A program made the position numbers and the translations under genes. Below the pieces are notes generated by a model. The model was not told where the DNA came from. It saw nothing but the letters and a program-made list of their open reading frames with translations, and ran no database searches. From Podarcis liolepis (lineage: Eukaryota): a stretch of 64,000 bases of DNA. Location: assembly GCA_965112155.1 (NCBI GenBank), contig OZ218103.1; one strand, 5' to 3'. How positions within the stretch are numbered: position 1 is the stretch's first letter; the number at the start of each line of letters is the position of its first letter. This document shows, piece by piece, positions 9,990-24,900 of the stretch.

Positions 9990-12900
9990 CTGTAAGAAAG
10001 AAACAATGCTGTTGAGTTGCAAAAACACAAGTAAAAAGGCCCTTTGTTTTGAACAAGCAGAAGCTTCAGAATTTCCTGAAGTGTTTGTTCTGCATTTTCC
10101 ATTGTATGCTGTGCTACAGGGGAAGGGGAAGGCAAAGGCAAAACACTGGCTCAGCAAGTAAGCATTGCTCCAGTACTGGAGCAAACTCTAGATTCCAGAA
10201 CCAGTGGGGGCAGATTCTGGGAGCCTGGAGATCAACGCTATGCACGATATATTTCTGAAGCATGGCTTGGGGTCTGTGTGTTCAATGAATGCATTCTGAC
10301 GTATGTGTGTAGCTTGCCTATGCACGCATGCACATACCTGCCGCCACCACTCGTGATGACTGAATATGTGGAGTACCAGCCATGCTTCTGAAAGAGGCTC
10401 ATGTGGTTTGTCCTTTAACTGTCCCTGTTATGGCTTTGGATTAGCTGCTGGGGCCATGACAATATAGCTGAACATCCAGGCCTATTCAAAACACCCCACT
10501 GATGGCAAAACATTTTTGAAATGGTGGAAGCCTATTGTGTGAATGTTTATGTACCTAGAGACATGTCAAGGGTACTTCAATCACCTGCAGTTTCCAGCTT
10601 CCCTCCCTATTCCGCCCATTAAATTCCTAGTTCCTCCTGTTACATGAAGGCTGTTCAGATGTTTCTCAGTTTGTCCTTGACTCCCAGTTTATCCTTCTCA
10701 GTCCATCTCCCACTGCAGATCTTTCTCTCCCTTTTACATAAGAGAAGTGCTCATGGTAAGATAGGCTAGTTGAAGGATGCCCAACTTTTACTTACATAAG
10801 TGAAACAAGGCCAGCCAGGAGAGAAGTATTCTAAAATACAAGCCATTTATAGTGGGATGTATTTGTACAGAGAGTTTTGTTGATCTAGTCATTCAATTAG
10901 TGCATTGCTTAATTGATCACTCAACTGCTTGCGTTGCAATACATTTCTCAATATTATTGATTTACTGATGAAGAACTACTGTTTCACTCTGTTCTTCTCC
11001 AAGGTTTTTTTTTGTGTGTGTGTGTGTTTTTAACCAAACCAAACACTGGCATGATTATTTTCTGACTTTGTTCCAGAGACCTTTTTGAGTGTGCAGCTGA
11101 TGTAACAGTCCTGCTTCTGTGTGCATATGTCAGCCACAATAACTGGATTTCTTAGGAGTTTGCTTGCCTCTTCAAAATGAATTTGAGACAACTAAACTTG
11201 AGTTTAAGGGCTTACTGTTCTACCCAGTGGGTTTTTTCCTGGTGGTATGCAATGGTACACAGTACCACCACCTTTTATTGGGAAGGAGGAAGGAGGGCTC
11301 TTGGACCCTGTCACAGCATTGAACCTCCTTCCCTAAGCTGGGCAAATGCTTCCTGGACTTTTGGAAGGAGGTGCAACGCTCTGACAGGATCCTGGAGCCC
11401 TTCTGCCTCCTTCCCCAAGCAGGAATTATTCTATATGTAATTGCTTTTCCTGGCCCTGAGGAAATTTTGCACCCAGGGCAATTAACCAGAGTACCAGCAC
11501 CTTTTTTCCTAAAAACAAAGTACTGGTGCTACTCCACCCTCCACCATGCTCCACTACTGCATTGCTTCTTCAACTTCCTAAACACAGGTCCCAAACACAT
11601 TTCACAGTGGTGGCTGAACCTGTACTTCTAGTGTTGTCATCAAAATTCTTACTCCCTGGCTTGGAAGTATGAACCTCAGAGCCACATGGCGCTTGCTTCA
11701 AGTGTAAGGTCACCCCTGCAGCCCTGTAATTCTTATCCAGTTAAGATTTTATTTAATCCAAGTCTGCGCAGAACTGAACTCCTTTGCCCCCTCATCACAT
11801 ATTTCAATGCACCCAGGGTTTTAATATGCATTAGAATGTTTATGGGATGGGTTCCATGTCCCATTTCACTACCAAATCAAAACACTCTGACTAAATACCC
11901 ATGGACACTGGGCAGGAGTTCAGGCAAGGCACACTTTCCAACTCAAGTGTGGAACAAGAGTCCTTATTCATCCTCCATACTGGAGAAATGTGACCCAGCA
12001 CTACAGCATTCAATCTTGTTATTTCCCCAGCATTTATCCCTGTTAATTTCCCACTGTCACACCAAAGCAGAGAACTAAGTAACAAAGCCAGGGGAGAATA
12101 AACTTGCCCGTTACTAAAGGCAATTGATCCTGCTGTTTTCAACTTGCCTGCTGGGGCGAAAAGTTGAGCCTACACGATAAATGTAGAATAAGGAGAAAAG
12201 AGAAGAGCAGACGCACCACTGTTTCTCAGGATGCGCACCTCTGCTGGGACTCCATCTCCTCCTGGACCAGTCGTCCTGATTTGCACCACTGCATGAGTAG
12301 AGTCTTCTGGAACCATGATCTCAATCCAATTTTTGGCGGCTGTGTACAGAACAGGAGCTGAGTGCGGGTCCGACTGGTACAGCATCTATTGGGAGGAGAC
12401 ATGTTGAGTTTACTGTTGTTGAGTCCCCTTCAACTTCACTCCCATCCCTCAATTATTTTTAAGGAACTAGTAGTCACAGGGGCGGCACGTGCGTTTTCCA
12501 ATATCTTGCAGAAGGCTCCCGAGCCTGATCTTGTGCAAATTTACTTGGGAGTTAAGCCCTTGTTTAGAAATCAAATGTTGATGGGACTTACAGATAAGGA
12601 TGTGTAGAGTCACAGCTAGACACCCAGAGAAAATGGAAAGCTGCCCAACGGATGCAGAACCACAGTACAGAGAAAGAATGGAGCAGCCTTTTAAGATCTG
12701 GATTTAATTCCCCCGGGAAAGCTTAGTGGTTTCTAATGTATGTATTTGATAGTTGCCTTAGTTCCGTGCTGCACACAGCATTTTATTGTGCTGGTTGTGT
12801 ATCTGGACTTTTATGCCGGTTGTCTCTTAAGTTTATTGTGGTTTTATTGCAGTATGGATTTACTGTTATTTTTTATTTCATTTATTTTTTATTTGTGCAA

Positions 12901-15900
12901 TGCCTAGAGCATTTATTTTATGAGGAGTCTCGCTCACTCGGTAAATTAATGAAATACCACCCTGCCACCCAGTGTTATTTCTCAGGGGGGTATACTTTGC
13001 ACTGACTTATTATACTGCATTTCAGAAGTTAAGAATCCTTCAGCCAAGGGCGGTGGTGGAGGGGGAACTTTCTACAAGTTACCTTGTACCCAGTGACAGC
13101 AGACTCATCTGAATGGGCAACCACAGGATCCCACTTGATGCTAATGCTGGTGCTGGAAAACTTCCAGGAAATGTTGCTTGGTGGCCTTTTTGGTGCTAGA
13201 GGATACAAAATGGCAGAGATCTTTACTACAGCAACAGAAAGCAAGACAGAGGCCTACAGACAATGCTTTGGCTGATGAAATCCAATCCACACAACCCTTC
13301 CTCCCACCTGCCATCTGGCTACCCATTCTACAAATCTGGGAGCATTCCCTGTTCTCTCCCTCCTGTGCTCCACTTTCTCCCATCTCCTCAGTCATTCTAG
13401 CCCAGGCACAGGCAAACTCCGGCCCTCCAGATGTTTGGGAATGCAATTCCCATCATCCCTGACCACTGGTCCTGTTAGCTAGGGATGATGGGAATTGTAG
13501 TCCCAGACATCTGGAGGGCTGGAGCTTGCCTATGCCCACTGGTGGAGGAAGAGGAGTGCGGGGGGAACGCACTGCCCCCGGCAGTGCGATCCCAGGGGGG
13601 TGCCATCGCGGCTGTGCCCTCCACCCACTCTGGGGGCCATGCCTCCACTCTGGGTGCCATGCCCCACTCCTGTCTGCTCTCCGCCCCCCAGTGTCGGAGC
13701 ATGAAACTCTGCCACTGCCTATGCCTGTTCTAGCCTCTTGGGAAAGGGCTGTAGTTCAGTGGCAGAGCATGCAGAAGGTCCCAAGTTCAACCCCTGGCAT
13801 CTTCAGGTAAGGCTGGGACTCCTGCCTGAAGCCCTGGAGAGCTGCTGCCAGTCAGTGCAGATATTTTCTAATACTGAACTAGATGGACCAGTGGTCTGAG
13901 TCAGTATAAGGCACCACCCTATGTCTCTCTGCCCTCCTCCCACCTTCTTACTTACCTTCTTCTTTTCTCCTCAATTCTTAGTCATCCCCATTTCTCTCTC
14001 CCAATGTCTCTCCTCCCTGATGTACATGTACAGAATACACTGAGCCCTCATTGCCATAAAGATGATACAGTTGCTTCTCTCCCACTCCAGCTCTAACTCT
14101 GGTAATTGGAAAGGGAATCCTCTCTGGGCGAGTTCTACCACAAGGCACAGTGTGCCATATGCATAAGGCATCAGATTTTGAGTGTCATTCAATAATGACA
14201 AATTGCAAATGTTAGAGGAAGCCACTCTGGGATGGATCTACCGGAAATTTGGCAGCCCAAATTTACTCTGCAAGGACTCATTTGCTTGCAAATTTCATTC
14301 ACTTATGTGAAAAGGGAGGAAAATGGTTAACGTCATTTGTAGCTTCTTCATGATATTAAATTGGGTGAAACAAAGCTTTGGACTTAACACATCAGATTCG
14401 GACCCAATTCACAAATCAAATCAGATGGATAGGGATCTGAAACAGATCAGGCTGTTTTCAAATGCTATGAATACAAGGCAAATGTTGTGGTTGGGGCACA
14501 CCCTTAGTCAACACACAGACAACCCCCTCCCCCCAACACTATATAATGCATATACTGCTTTTCTATACAAGAAGATAAACCCAAAGCAGCTTGCAAGTTA
14601 AAATAAATAAAACCATCATAGATGCAACACACATTATAAAGCACAAAAACCACAGCAATAAAAAGGAAAAAAAGCAGGCATAGTAAGCTACAGACACACA
14701 TATCAGAGGTGACTGAAGTATTTACAGAAAAGAAAGGCAGCTTCATCTAATGCTCACTCACGTGGTTTTGTAGTCATGAAACTGGTGGGAGGACTGGCTG
14801 GCCCAGTCCCAGCTCGGTTGTACGCCCTGATAGCCACACGATACTTGGTGTTAGGTTGGAGGTCTGTTACACGTGCTGAGTTGACAAGTCCCGCAGTCCT
14901 CACTCTGTCAGCAGCCTCCTCTTTGTCACCATGTTTCCAGTACCGGATCTGAAGACAGGGACACATGGCAATCTGAGCTCCTTTGACACTGAGGTGTTTT
15001 ATTTTTAAGTCAGCAGTAAGACTATTTCCTCTGAGCAGCCCATATCAGCTTATCCACAAGAGGAGATTCTGTAATCTCTGCAAACAGTGGCTGAGATACC
15101 ACCATGCCAGTCCAATGCTTCTTTTTGTGGGGTTGTCTCTGAACCTGAGCCTTGCTCCAGATCCACTCCTTCCCCTTTCTTCTTACCTCATAGCCCAAAA
15201 GGACTCCGTTCATTTCATGTTGCTCCACGGGATCCCAAGAAAAATCTGCTTCTGTGGCCGACACTGCCTTGAGAGTAACGTTAGAGGGAGCCACTCTTGG
15301 TTCTGTGGACATACAACAGCAAAACCTTGGAATTATGGGCAAATCTAATCCAAGTCTAGAAATATCTGCAAGGCGCAAAGATCAGGAGCCAGACACTTGG
15401 CCTCCTGTCAAAGGGCAAGGCAGGATACAACTCTTGCAATGCTATTGATCTGGTGCTCTTGAGAGAAGCATCAGGTGGAAATTGAACTGAGCCGAAGCAA
15501 TACTCGGAAGTATGCAATTCACTCTTATGATCCCAGCCTACCTTCCTCTGCAGAATGCACAATGGACACCAGGCTCTCTGGCCCCTCCCCCTTCCTGTTG
15601 AAGGCCTTGATCTTCACTTCAAAGGGAGTATAGGGTGCGATGCTCTCATTGCGATAAACATAATGTAGGGATTCCGCATGGGGCACGCTTGCTGTCTTCC
15701 ACACCTGAGTGCCTTCTTTGCGAAAAGAGAGCCTATATCCAAAGCCGTCTCCATTTTGGTACTCCCGTTGCATTGGCTGAAATGCAGGTTGGGACCAGTT
15801 GAGGGGGGAAACAAAACAGAAAGACTCCACAACATTGGTCTGGATCCAGATTTCATATTCACATGACATGCTTTATACAGATTTATGAATACAACAGTGA

Positions 15901-18900
15901 CATGCCAGCTGGTCAAACGAGCAAGAGAACAAAAAGGAGGTAAAATCTCAACTCGGGTAGCACAGTTTAAAATCAAGTATCCTTCTTAGAAACGAGAAGT
16001 ACTTAGTAAGGTTATCTGAAGACTTGTAATGATAATTTTTTTACTTTTCTAATTTAAATTTTGAGGTGTTTTGTAATGAGTTATATTAGAATTGGAAGAT
16101 ATATAAAGTGCTGTGATATAAAGGTTACTTTTGAAAGCCAAGAAGTGGGAGGGAAAGAAGTCAGTAGGCTAGGCTCTAAAGAGCCAAATAAGTTAAGTGG
16201 GTAACAATGATGTGACTGTATATGTTTAAATGGAAAATTAATAAAAAAAAAATTAAGAAAAGAAAAGAAAAGTACTATTCACATGGAAATAATCCCGGAT
16301 CCTTCTTTAAAGAATTTGTGGGATTTGACATCTTTCCGCAGGGCCTGCAAGACGGAGCTGTTCTGCCAGGCCTTTGGTCGGGGTTCAGTCTGATTCTTTT
16401 CTTTCTGTATAAGAACAAGCATTAAAGAGGCCTCCTAGTCCACTCGCAGGTCCTTTATAAGACCAGTGGTAACAGTTGGCCCTAGAGAATATTAACCACT
16501 CTCAATTTTACCCATGGATTGCCATCTGTCCAGATTTTAATTTGCTCTGAACTAATTTTAAGATGTATTTTAATTAATTGATTGCCTGTTTTTATGTTCT
16601 TATGCTCTTTGTATACTGTCTTAGTTTTATGATGTTAGCCGCCCTGAGCTAACTACTACTACTACTATTATTATAGATCAAATAGGGATCTTTTTTTATA
16701 GAAAACAAAAGCCTATATTACTCTCAATTGATAGATTTATTTTACAAACATGTGCAAATTGAACTTCTTTATTAACTACATTATCTGCATAATAGGATGG
16801 CAAATGGTGAGCTGGCACCAGAAGTGGCCTGGGAGGTAGTGGGATCCTCCCAGCAGTGGAGGTGCCACATGTGGCACATGTGCCCTAGAACATGGACTGG
16901 ACGGCAACATCAGCCAGCAAGTAGACTGCCTGATGTCGGGATCCCTGCCCAATGCTGTGACAAACTCTGGTAAGCTGTAACCAAAGAAAGCTACAGGCAT
17001 TGTCAACCCCTACTATTTCCATGTGTTTGTGCTCCTGAACAACAAACACGCTTTTGCACGTAACACACAGTGATTATTTTGCCCACTCCCAGAAGAAATG
17101 AAAAGAAAAACAGAGAGCTGTCAGCAATGAAATTGCCCACTTTTGTGTGGCTGGCTTACCGCCCAGTTGATGATGAGTTCCCCAGGTGCTCCTCCTCCTC
17201 CATTGAGCCCAGATGGTGCAACAGTAGGGGCTGGAGTGATCCCCCCAAAGAGAGGCAGAAGATGACATGTTAAATCAGAAAACAAAAGTCAAGTAATACT
17301 GAAGAAAAGCACCGTTTCAATAATTAGAATCAATCAACTACGTTATAAAGAAGGTATATTGAAGCAGAAATTCAGCTGAACTTTCACCTGTGAAATATGA
17401 GTGTCAATTAAAAAAAAATATTTAAAGGACATCACTTTGGAAAGTCTAAGGAAGTCCAAAAATGCATGCACTTAAAATGAAGGCCCAATAAATCACCGCA
17501 AAAACTTTGTGGAGTTTTAAAATCAGACCTTCTAGTCCTCATGAAAATGTGAAGGTCGTGTATCTTATAAGTTCATAAGCTGAAGAAGCAATTGATTGTG
17601 ACAACCACTGGGTCAAAATAATTTCTGTGAGTCATTCCATCATTATAAGAATTCTGATAGCACCATGCAGTGAAACAACAACAACTTCTTCTTCTTCTGG
17701 CTTTGGAAAATACCTTATTACATTTTTACCCCACCTTTCTTCCCAAAGGAGCTCAGGACAGCATACAACAAAAATACAGGCACAAAAATTAGAGTTAAAA
17801 TCTGTTTCAGAATAAAATATCACTAAGATAGATAAGTACAGCAGGTGAGCGAAGCAATTTTGTAAGAAGGCATTTTCATACTACACCAAAATGCTGATCA
17901 GGTGGGGGAAGAGCTACAGCTTTACAGGGAGGGAGTTTCATAACCACAAGGCCCACCAAAGAGAAGACCCTACCCTGCATCACCACCGGGTGGTGTACTC
18001 ACCAGCTTCTTTGGTGCGGATCTTGGTAGAAGGCACACTGGGTTCTCCCACTCCAAGGATGTTGCTGGCCAGGACCCGAAATTCATAATCCATCCATGGT
18101 ATGAGGTTGGCCACTTGGGCCGTCTCTGCATTACCTTCAATATTTGCAGGATCTATAACCCAAAAGCACGAGAATAGAACAAATAGAGCAAGCAGTGCTA
18201 AAGGAATAACAGCGAAGCCTCCTACTGAAGCCTGTTCCGTGTGGGCCACTGCCCTCAAGACACTTACTGGTGCGCACTTGCTTCCACTTGAAGAAGAGTG
18301 GAGTGCGGGCCTGGATGACATATTTGGCAATGGGGCTGTGGTTATCAAAGCCTCGGCTCCAGCTCAGCTGCACAGTGGTGTCCTTGATGTCCCTCACCAC
18401 CAACCCGCCAGGTGGCCCTGGAGGACCTACCAAAAAGGGAAGAACAACAGACACAATGACATCCCAGAACCACGTAGAAGAACATTAAGAGAGAGGACTT
18501 TTGCTTCATGATACGTGTGCACATAATGCCTGTGCTAAAGGAGCTGCACTTGCTGCTGTTTAGTTACTGAGCCAGATTTAAGATGTCCATTTTCCTACAT
18601 AAAGCCCTGAACAACTCAGAGCTACATCTTCTTCTGTACAGATTGAAGTCTGCAGATGGAGCCATCCTGACTGTACCAGGACCTATTAGGGGGGCAGTGC
18701 AGAGGAGGGCACCTGCCATAGGGAATGGGCTTCCCATGGAGATTAGGTGAGCACCAATCGTGTGGTGTTTTTGCCACCAATTGAAGTCACACCTCTTTAC
18801 CAAGGCTTTCCCTGATCCTCAGTATCTTCCTATATAAAGAGAAATGTAAGGCTGTCATCACACAGCCTCCGTTGAAGGATTTGTAGTAACACACCACATT

Positions 18901-21900
18901 TCTGGATTTGCATTAAGTAAATCTTTCCACCTTATTAGAAAAAGGTTCCATCTCTCTCTTTTGCTTTAGAATGCAATTCTATATGTGAATGTGTATATTT
19001 GTATGAAATGTAACTGGGCAGCCCTTACTATGAGATCAGCCTTTGCCAACCCTCTAAATACTTTGGACTATCTTTAATGATGGGCACTATAGCCTAAAAC
19101 ACGTGGAGGGCATCAGGTTTACTAGACAGAGCCAACTTTACTCTGTAGCTTCACTAGTGGGTGAGTTGCGTGGCAAGATAAATATTCAGCTCTTATACTG
19201 TTTTGTGGAGAATATAAGTTGTCTGTTTTTCTGGGAGTGGGAGCAGGAGCAAGTGCAGGCAGAGGGCAACTTGTTTGGACTTGTCACTGCAAAAATTATG
19301 GGGTGATGGGACAGGAAAAATTACCTCTTACAACCAGCAATGCTGACTCAGAAGCACTGTCCACCACTGTCTGAGCTGTGCAAGTATATCGACCAGCATG
19401 TTTCAGCTGAGCATTCAAGATCAAAAGGTCTCCAATGTTCTCTTTCTATGATAGAAGAATCAATAGGAATAATGTCAGAACCAAGCTGAGAAATTGCGGC
19501 ATGCAAGTTTAAAAAGAGGAGAAAGGCAACAGAAAATCAGGCAGCATCTTAGCAGTGGGCAAATGATGAGATCTATCAGAGGACATCCCAATGAAAAGGT
19601 AGAAGGGTAATTGGTTCTCCTTGAATTGTGACCACCTTTCTGGAAATTACAGGGCATCATGGGATTTGCAGTACTCACTGTACTAGCTCGCTTGTAGTGG
19701 CCTTCGGACTTGACAAAGTCGATGAGAAAGTCATCCAGGAACCAAGTAAAGGTGAGGTCCATTGTTGGGTCATGAGAGGCACGGCATTGAAGGGTAATAT
19801 TTTCACCTACATTAATGTCAGCACTAGATGGTGCGAGGGTGATTTTAGTGGCATCTGCAGAAAAAGCAGGTGAGATGATCGTTAGTTGTCAATAGTTGTT
19901 TGTGCATATCAGTTTTCATTAACATAACACGGGCACAGAAAAAGGTGAATGACATCTGTCTCTGAATACAGATTTGCTGGTGAAAAAAATAACTAGAAAC
20001 TAGGAAAGCCCAGAGCACCTCAGTTATGGTTCTGCCATCCCCAAAGAATCAGTGAGAAGGGCTGCAACACTGTCGTCTTGAACCAGTTGTATCTTTTACT
20101 GTGTGCTTAATGTGGTTGGAAAGGAAGGAAAGCCCACTTTAATTACTTCAGTGAACTAGCAATACACTCTTCTCTTGCTGTAGTACTTGCAGGGCAGACA
20201 TGATGGCAAAATGTATTGTTGACCTTTCCATTATTGCAGTGTTTCTCAAACAGCACGCAGGGACTCGCCACATGGCCTCAGTGCCACAGCTTGCCCAGTG
20301 TTTCCTCACTTGCCTACCCCACCCCTAGCTATGCCACAGCCTTTCGGCTGGTCTAAGCTCAGCCTCAATGATTCCTTGAATGGGAGAAAGAGAAGTCTGA
20401 GGCTAGTGGGAGAGAGGGAGGGTCTCCCTCTTCTGAGGGGAAAGTGCCAGAGGAGGTGCTGAAGGAAATGAGAAAATAAGATAATACGATAATACTTAAC
20501 AACAACAACAACAAACTGCAAATAGAAAGGAAGGGGATAACTGAGGAGACCTGTTATGGGAGAAATAAGAGAATTTTGTGACTGTGGGCCCTCAGTAATT
20601 TTCAGCCTCCTTGAGTAGGCCCTGGGGGTAGGAAGCTTGAGAATCCCTGCATTATTACATTTGGTCCCAGTGGCAATAAGATGCCCTTACCTCGAACTGA
20701 GAGAACTCCTGTGCTGTTTGCTTTGCCCATGAAATTCTCTGCGAAGCAGGTGTATTTGCCCTCATCTAACTTGCTAATATTCCGAATGATCAAGGTGCCA
20801 TCTGGAGTGATGGTGATGCTGCAGCGGAAGAAGAGCCCATCAGGAGAAAGTGAGAGAACAATTCAGCCAACCACAGACCCGCTTGCCTGTCACGGGACAT
20901 GTAGCATGAAGGCAGTGATGAATTCTGTCAAATGCGTCAGCTGAAAGGTATTGGAAATAATACGTCGTATAACATTGGCCTTCCAAAGAAAGACTGAGCT
21001 GCCACTGGGCTGCAGCGATAGCATGGCAGCTCTGTTTTGTTTTGTTTTAAGAGATAAAGGAGAAAGGGTTACTGGGAGAAAAGGGGATCCTAAGTCCTGC
21101 CCCCTGTTAGGGGTTATTTACATCTGGTCACCTGACAGCAGAAAGATGATTCAAAGGTGGAGGTGGGTCTCATATGCAGGCTGCAGTTAAAGGTGCAGCA
21201 AACAACTGAATAACTATGTTATTTTACAAGCAAACAAGCAACTCTAGTTACTTTTGGAAGTTTTAAATCAGCAGGCTAGGATATCAAACAGTAGCTATGA
21301 TTAACTTTCACCAAAAAGAAATACATGTCCTTACTCTTAAATAATTGGACAAGATATAGATGCAAAGCTGAATACTTCCATGTATGAAATACACTTATTT
21401 AAAGGATATTGCCATTTTTCTGCCTCAAGCTGCTTGAAGGTGATGTGATTCAAGCTTACATTTTCACTGTGCAAATCCTTTGGGAATACTGTTCTCTGTA
21501 CAAGCTGTTTAAGGATTGCCAACTGTCTACCACTCTTCTAACCATCTGGGAAATCATCTTGTGTGGCAGGGAGGACACTCCTTCGCAGTTTCAACACTGC
21601 TTCTTGCTTGCTAGATTTTCATAGTAAATGTAGGTGGTGCTCCAAAATCCAAGCAGCCTAGCACAACTGAAGTGCTGAATAAAAACCTCTCACGTTCCTG
21701 CACAAATCATGCTTTTCTGTCAAGCTACCATTTGGACAACAGATATCACTGCCCCCCCAAAAAACAATTCAAGGGGCTTAGAGCAGAGCCACCAGGCAAG
21801 AAGATGCTGCTTCTGAAGGATCAATCCTAAGGAGACTTACCCCACTGAACACACCGGGACAGCCTTCCAAGTAAACACACATGGGATCAGTTCCACACAA

Positions 21901-24900
21901 TAAATTTAAGCTAACCAGAAGCCAGCAGGATAATTGCACTGAGAAGGGACTGCATGCTCAAAGCTACTTAGTCTTAGCTAGGAACTAGCTTAAGGGTCCT
22001 CATACCTGGAGCTGTTGCTCAGAAGCTCAGTCCCTTTGGTCCAGAGTATAATGGCCTTTGGTGCAGCTCTTGGCTGGCAGTGGATAATGATTTCTCCGCC
22101 TCGAGCTGCTGGTATTAGTCGCCTCACGGGGTTTAGCCGAAAATCTGGAGCAAAGGCTAAAGGGGAAAATAAAATGATTAAGTAGGTTTTACGAATGCTG
22201 AGCCCTGGGAATGGTAAAGGCGAGCTTCCTGTAGATTCTATAATAGTGCAAAAGTAACACAATAACATATATCATGGCTTCTGTTAAATAAAGTTGCCTG
22301 TTTGTTACTTGGACACCTAAAGTAATGTTGTAACAGTGAGGTGCCTCAGTGTTTAGTCCAAGTGAGACAAATTTAACTACGCAAACCTCCAATTCATTGA
22401 ACAAAATGCAAATGTGATTGTGTTTTACACTGTGAAAATCAGCATGCTGCAAGTTCAGATCAATGAAGCCCAAAAAGTCTGAAATTGAACACTTTGAAGA
22501 ATAAAATGTCAAAACCTAAGCTTGATTAATACTTCAAAATAGCTACATCTTAATTTTTGAACAGAAAGATTACTGATTCCAAGTGCAATTTCAAAGTCAG
22601 AACTTCAAAACTCAAAACCCCAGAAGTCATTGAATTTGAAACTGATTGAAATGTGTGTTCAATGTCTAAAAGGGCAGCTGCCTGTTTCTGTTCAGTCCTG
22701 TCAAAGCAAATGAGCCAGAAATACAAGCAGTTAATAAAATCTATAGGCCTAAAAAACAATATAGGGGGAAATGTTGTGGCTAATTAGAGAAGTTTGATTC
22801 ACCTCTATTCATCTTACATCAGACTGAATTCACATACCAATATGGATGAAAAAGTCTGCTAGTTTCACTATGCATGTAGGCATATTTCAATCTTGGCTGC
22901 GATAGTGCCTTGATCTTTGAGAAAAACCAATTGAGATTGGCCATAAATACTGTATTGCCTCATAACCTAAGCAGATGTTGACATTTCAAATTAAAACCAT
23001 TTGAGGTTTCTTAGATTTTTCTTGCCACTAAAACTGCTAGAATACAATCTGTTAATAGCAGTCCTCCAGGACTAAAGAAAATAAAATGTTAAAAATGAGA
23101 TTCACCATGAAGCAATATGGCAAAGTATTAGGCCAGTCTATTATCTTACTGCTTTTTAGACAGGGAATCTGCCAATATTTAAGATTAAAATCCAAGCATT
23201 AATACCAGTGAACAAGTCCCATTCAACACACAGGGCTCACTTCTGGAGAAATAACCCCCTTTCTAAAGCATATTGGTATTGCCCAGACAATCCACAGAAA
23301 TCCAGAACGTACCTTGCACAGCCAATTCAGCACTTGCATAAATGCTGCCATGCTTGTTCTCTCCTACACACTGGTACATCCCAGAGTCCTCCATTGTTAA
23401 CTTTAAAATCCTCAAATCCCCACTATTCACTTCAATGCGATTCTGTGCAAACAAGTAGATTAGGTGGTTAGATCACAACACAGAGCATGAAATGCAAGTG
23501 CTATATACATAGAAGTGAGTTTCAGTAGAGAACATCACATTACCCTTCTCAGTAGTGACACGGTTGTGCTGTTCAACACATTTGCCCTATTCTGTGCCTG
23601 CTGCCACTCACGTGTCTCTGTGCATATGCCTAGAGGGCATGGTTAGCCTCTGGCCTATGGGCCCTCCAAATGTGGTCCTCCGGGCTTTCTTTCTGCCCCA
23701 GGGAGTCTCTTTAGGCCATGGTCTGTCTCCAAGGCCATGACTCCTCACTGTTCCTCATCAGGTTGTCCTGAATGGAAAGTTTCATTGAAAGGTGATCGTA
23801 CCTCTTGTTTGAATGGAGAGATGTGTATTTGTTGTAATGAGTTTATGTATAGAAAACTCTGCCTTTTTCTTTGCTGGAATTCAGCCTACCAAACACAGGT
23901 AAGAGACATTAACATCTCTGTCAACTTTTGCCTCTGGCCCTGCCTTCCATTGGTATACAGCCTTTGGAAAGTTGTCTATAGATACAGACCAACTTTGGTA
24001 TACAGAAACAGTGCAACAACTGAAGCACAGCAGATGTCATCTCTAAGGATATCTGTCAAGTTTAAAAAGCTATTGTTTGATATTTTGCTCACCCAGAGCT
24101 GGACATAATGTCTTGAAAAACAGAACAATGCAAATGAATATGCCATGTTCTCGGCAGATTCACTCCATTGAATGCCTGACCCCAATATTTATATGTGGCC
24201 CACGCTTTCGTGCCCAGAAATCTCTCCAACCAATTTCTCCCCAGAAAGACATCAGTTTATAATTTAAAGATCCTAGCATTGCAATGCAGATTAAAAATAT
24301 CCAGTAGCTGAGGGGTTCCAGTCAGACAGTTTAGAAGTGGCAAATAAGAACAAAACGACTATGGGGGAAACAAAACAAAAAAACAACAACACACACACAC
24401 AACAGTTTTTGAGGCAAAAGTTAAGGCTCAAGTTCTTAATGCATTTCGAAGCAACTGGGGTCTCTCCCATGTGTACAACAATGTGAGGCTGCAATCCTAA
24501 AGTCATGTATCTGGGAAGCGGTCCCCACTAAATTCAATGGAACCTACTTCTGAGACATACGATTATGCTGCGGAAAAGGAGCAGAAAGAGACATTCAGGA
24601 GCATGTGTACTTCTGTTCTTACAAAGGTCACCCCGGTTTGATTTTTTGTTTTGCTATTTGTACATTAAGGTGCAGCTCTATCAATTCTAACTTAAAAGCA
24701 GCCAGGTAGCAATCCTCTTTGTTGAAGGTCAAAAGGGTGGCACACTGGTGTAGCAAAAGGAAGGATTTATGACACAACAGAGGCCATCATACAAGGCAAC
24801 CAAATCAGTTTCTGAGCCAAAACTGGACCTAAACCCCAGTTGATATGGGTCTAGAAAATCAGTTTCCTCCAAGAGCACCTGGATCTGGTCCATGACCACC

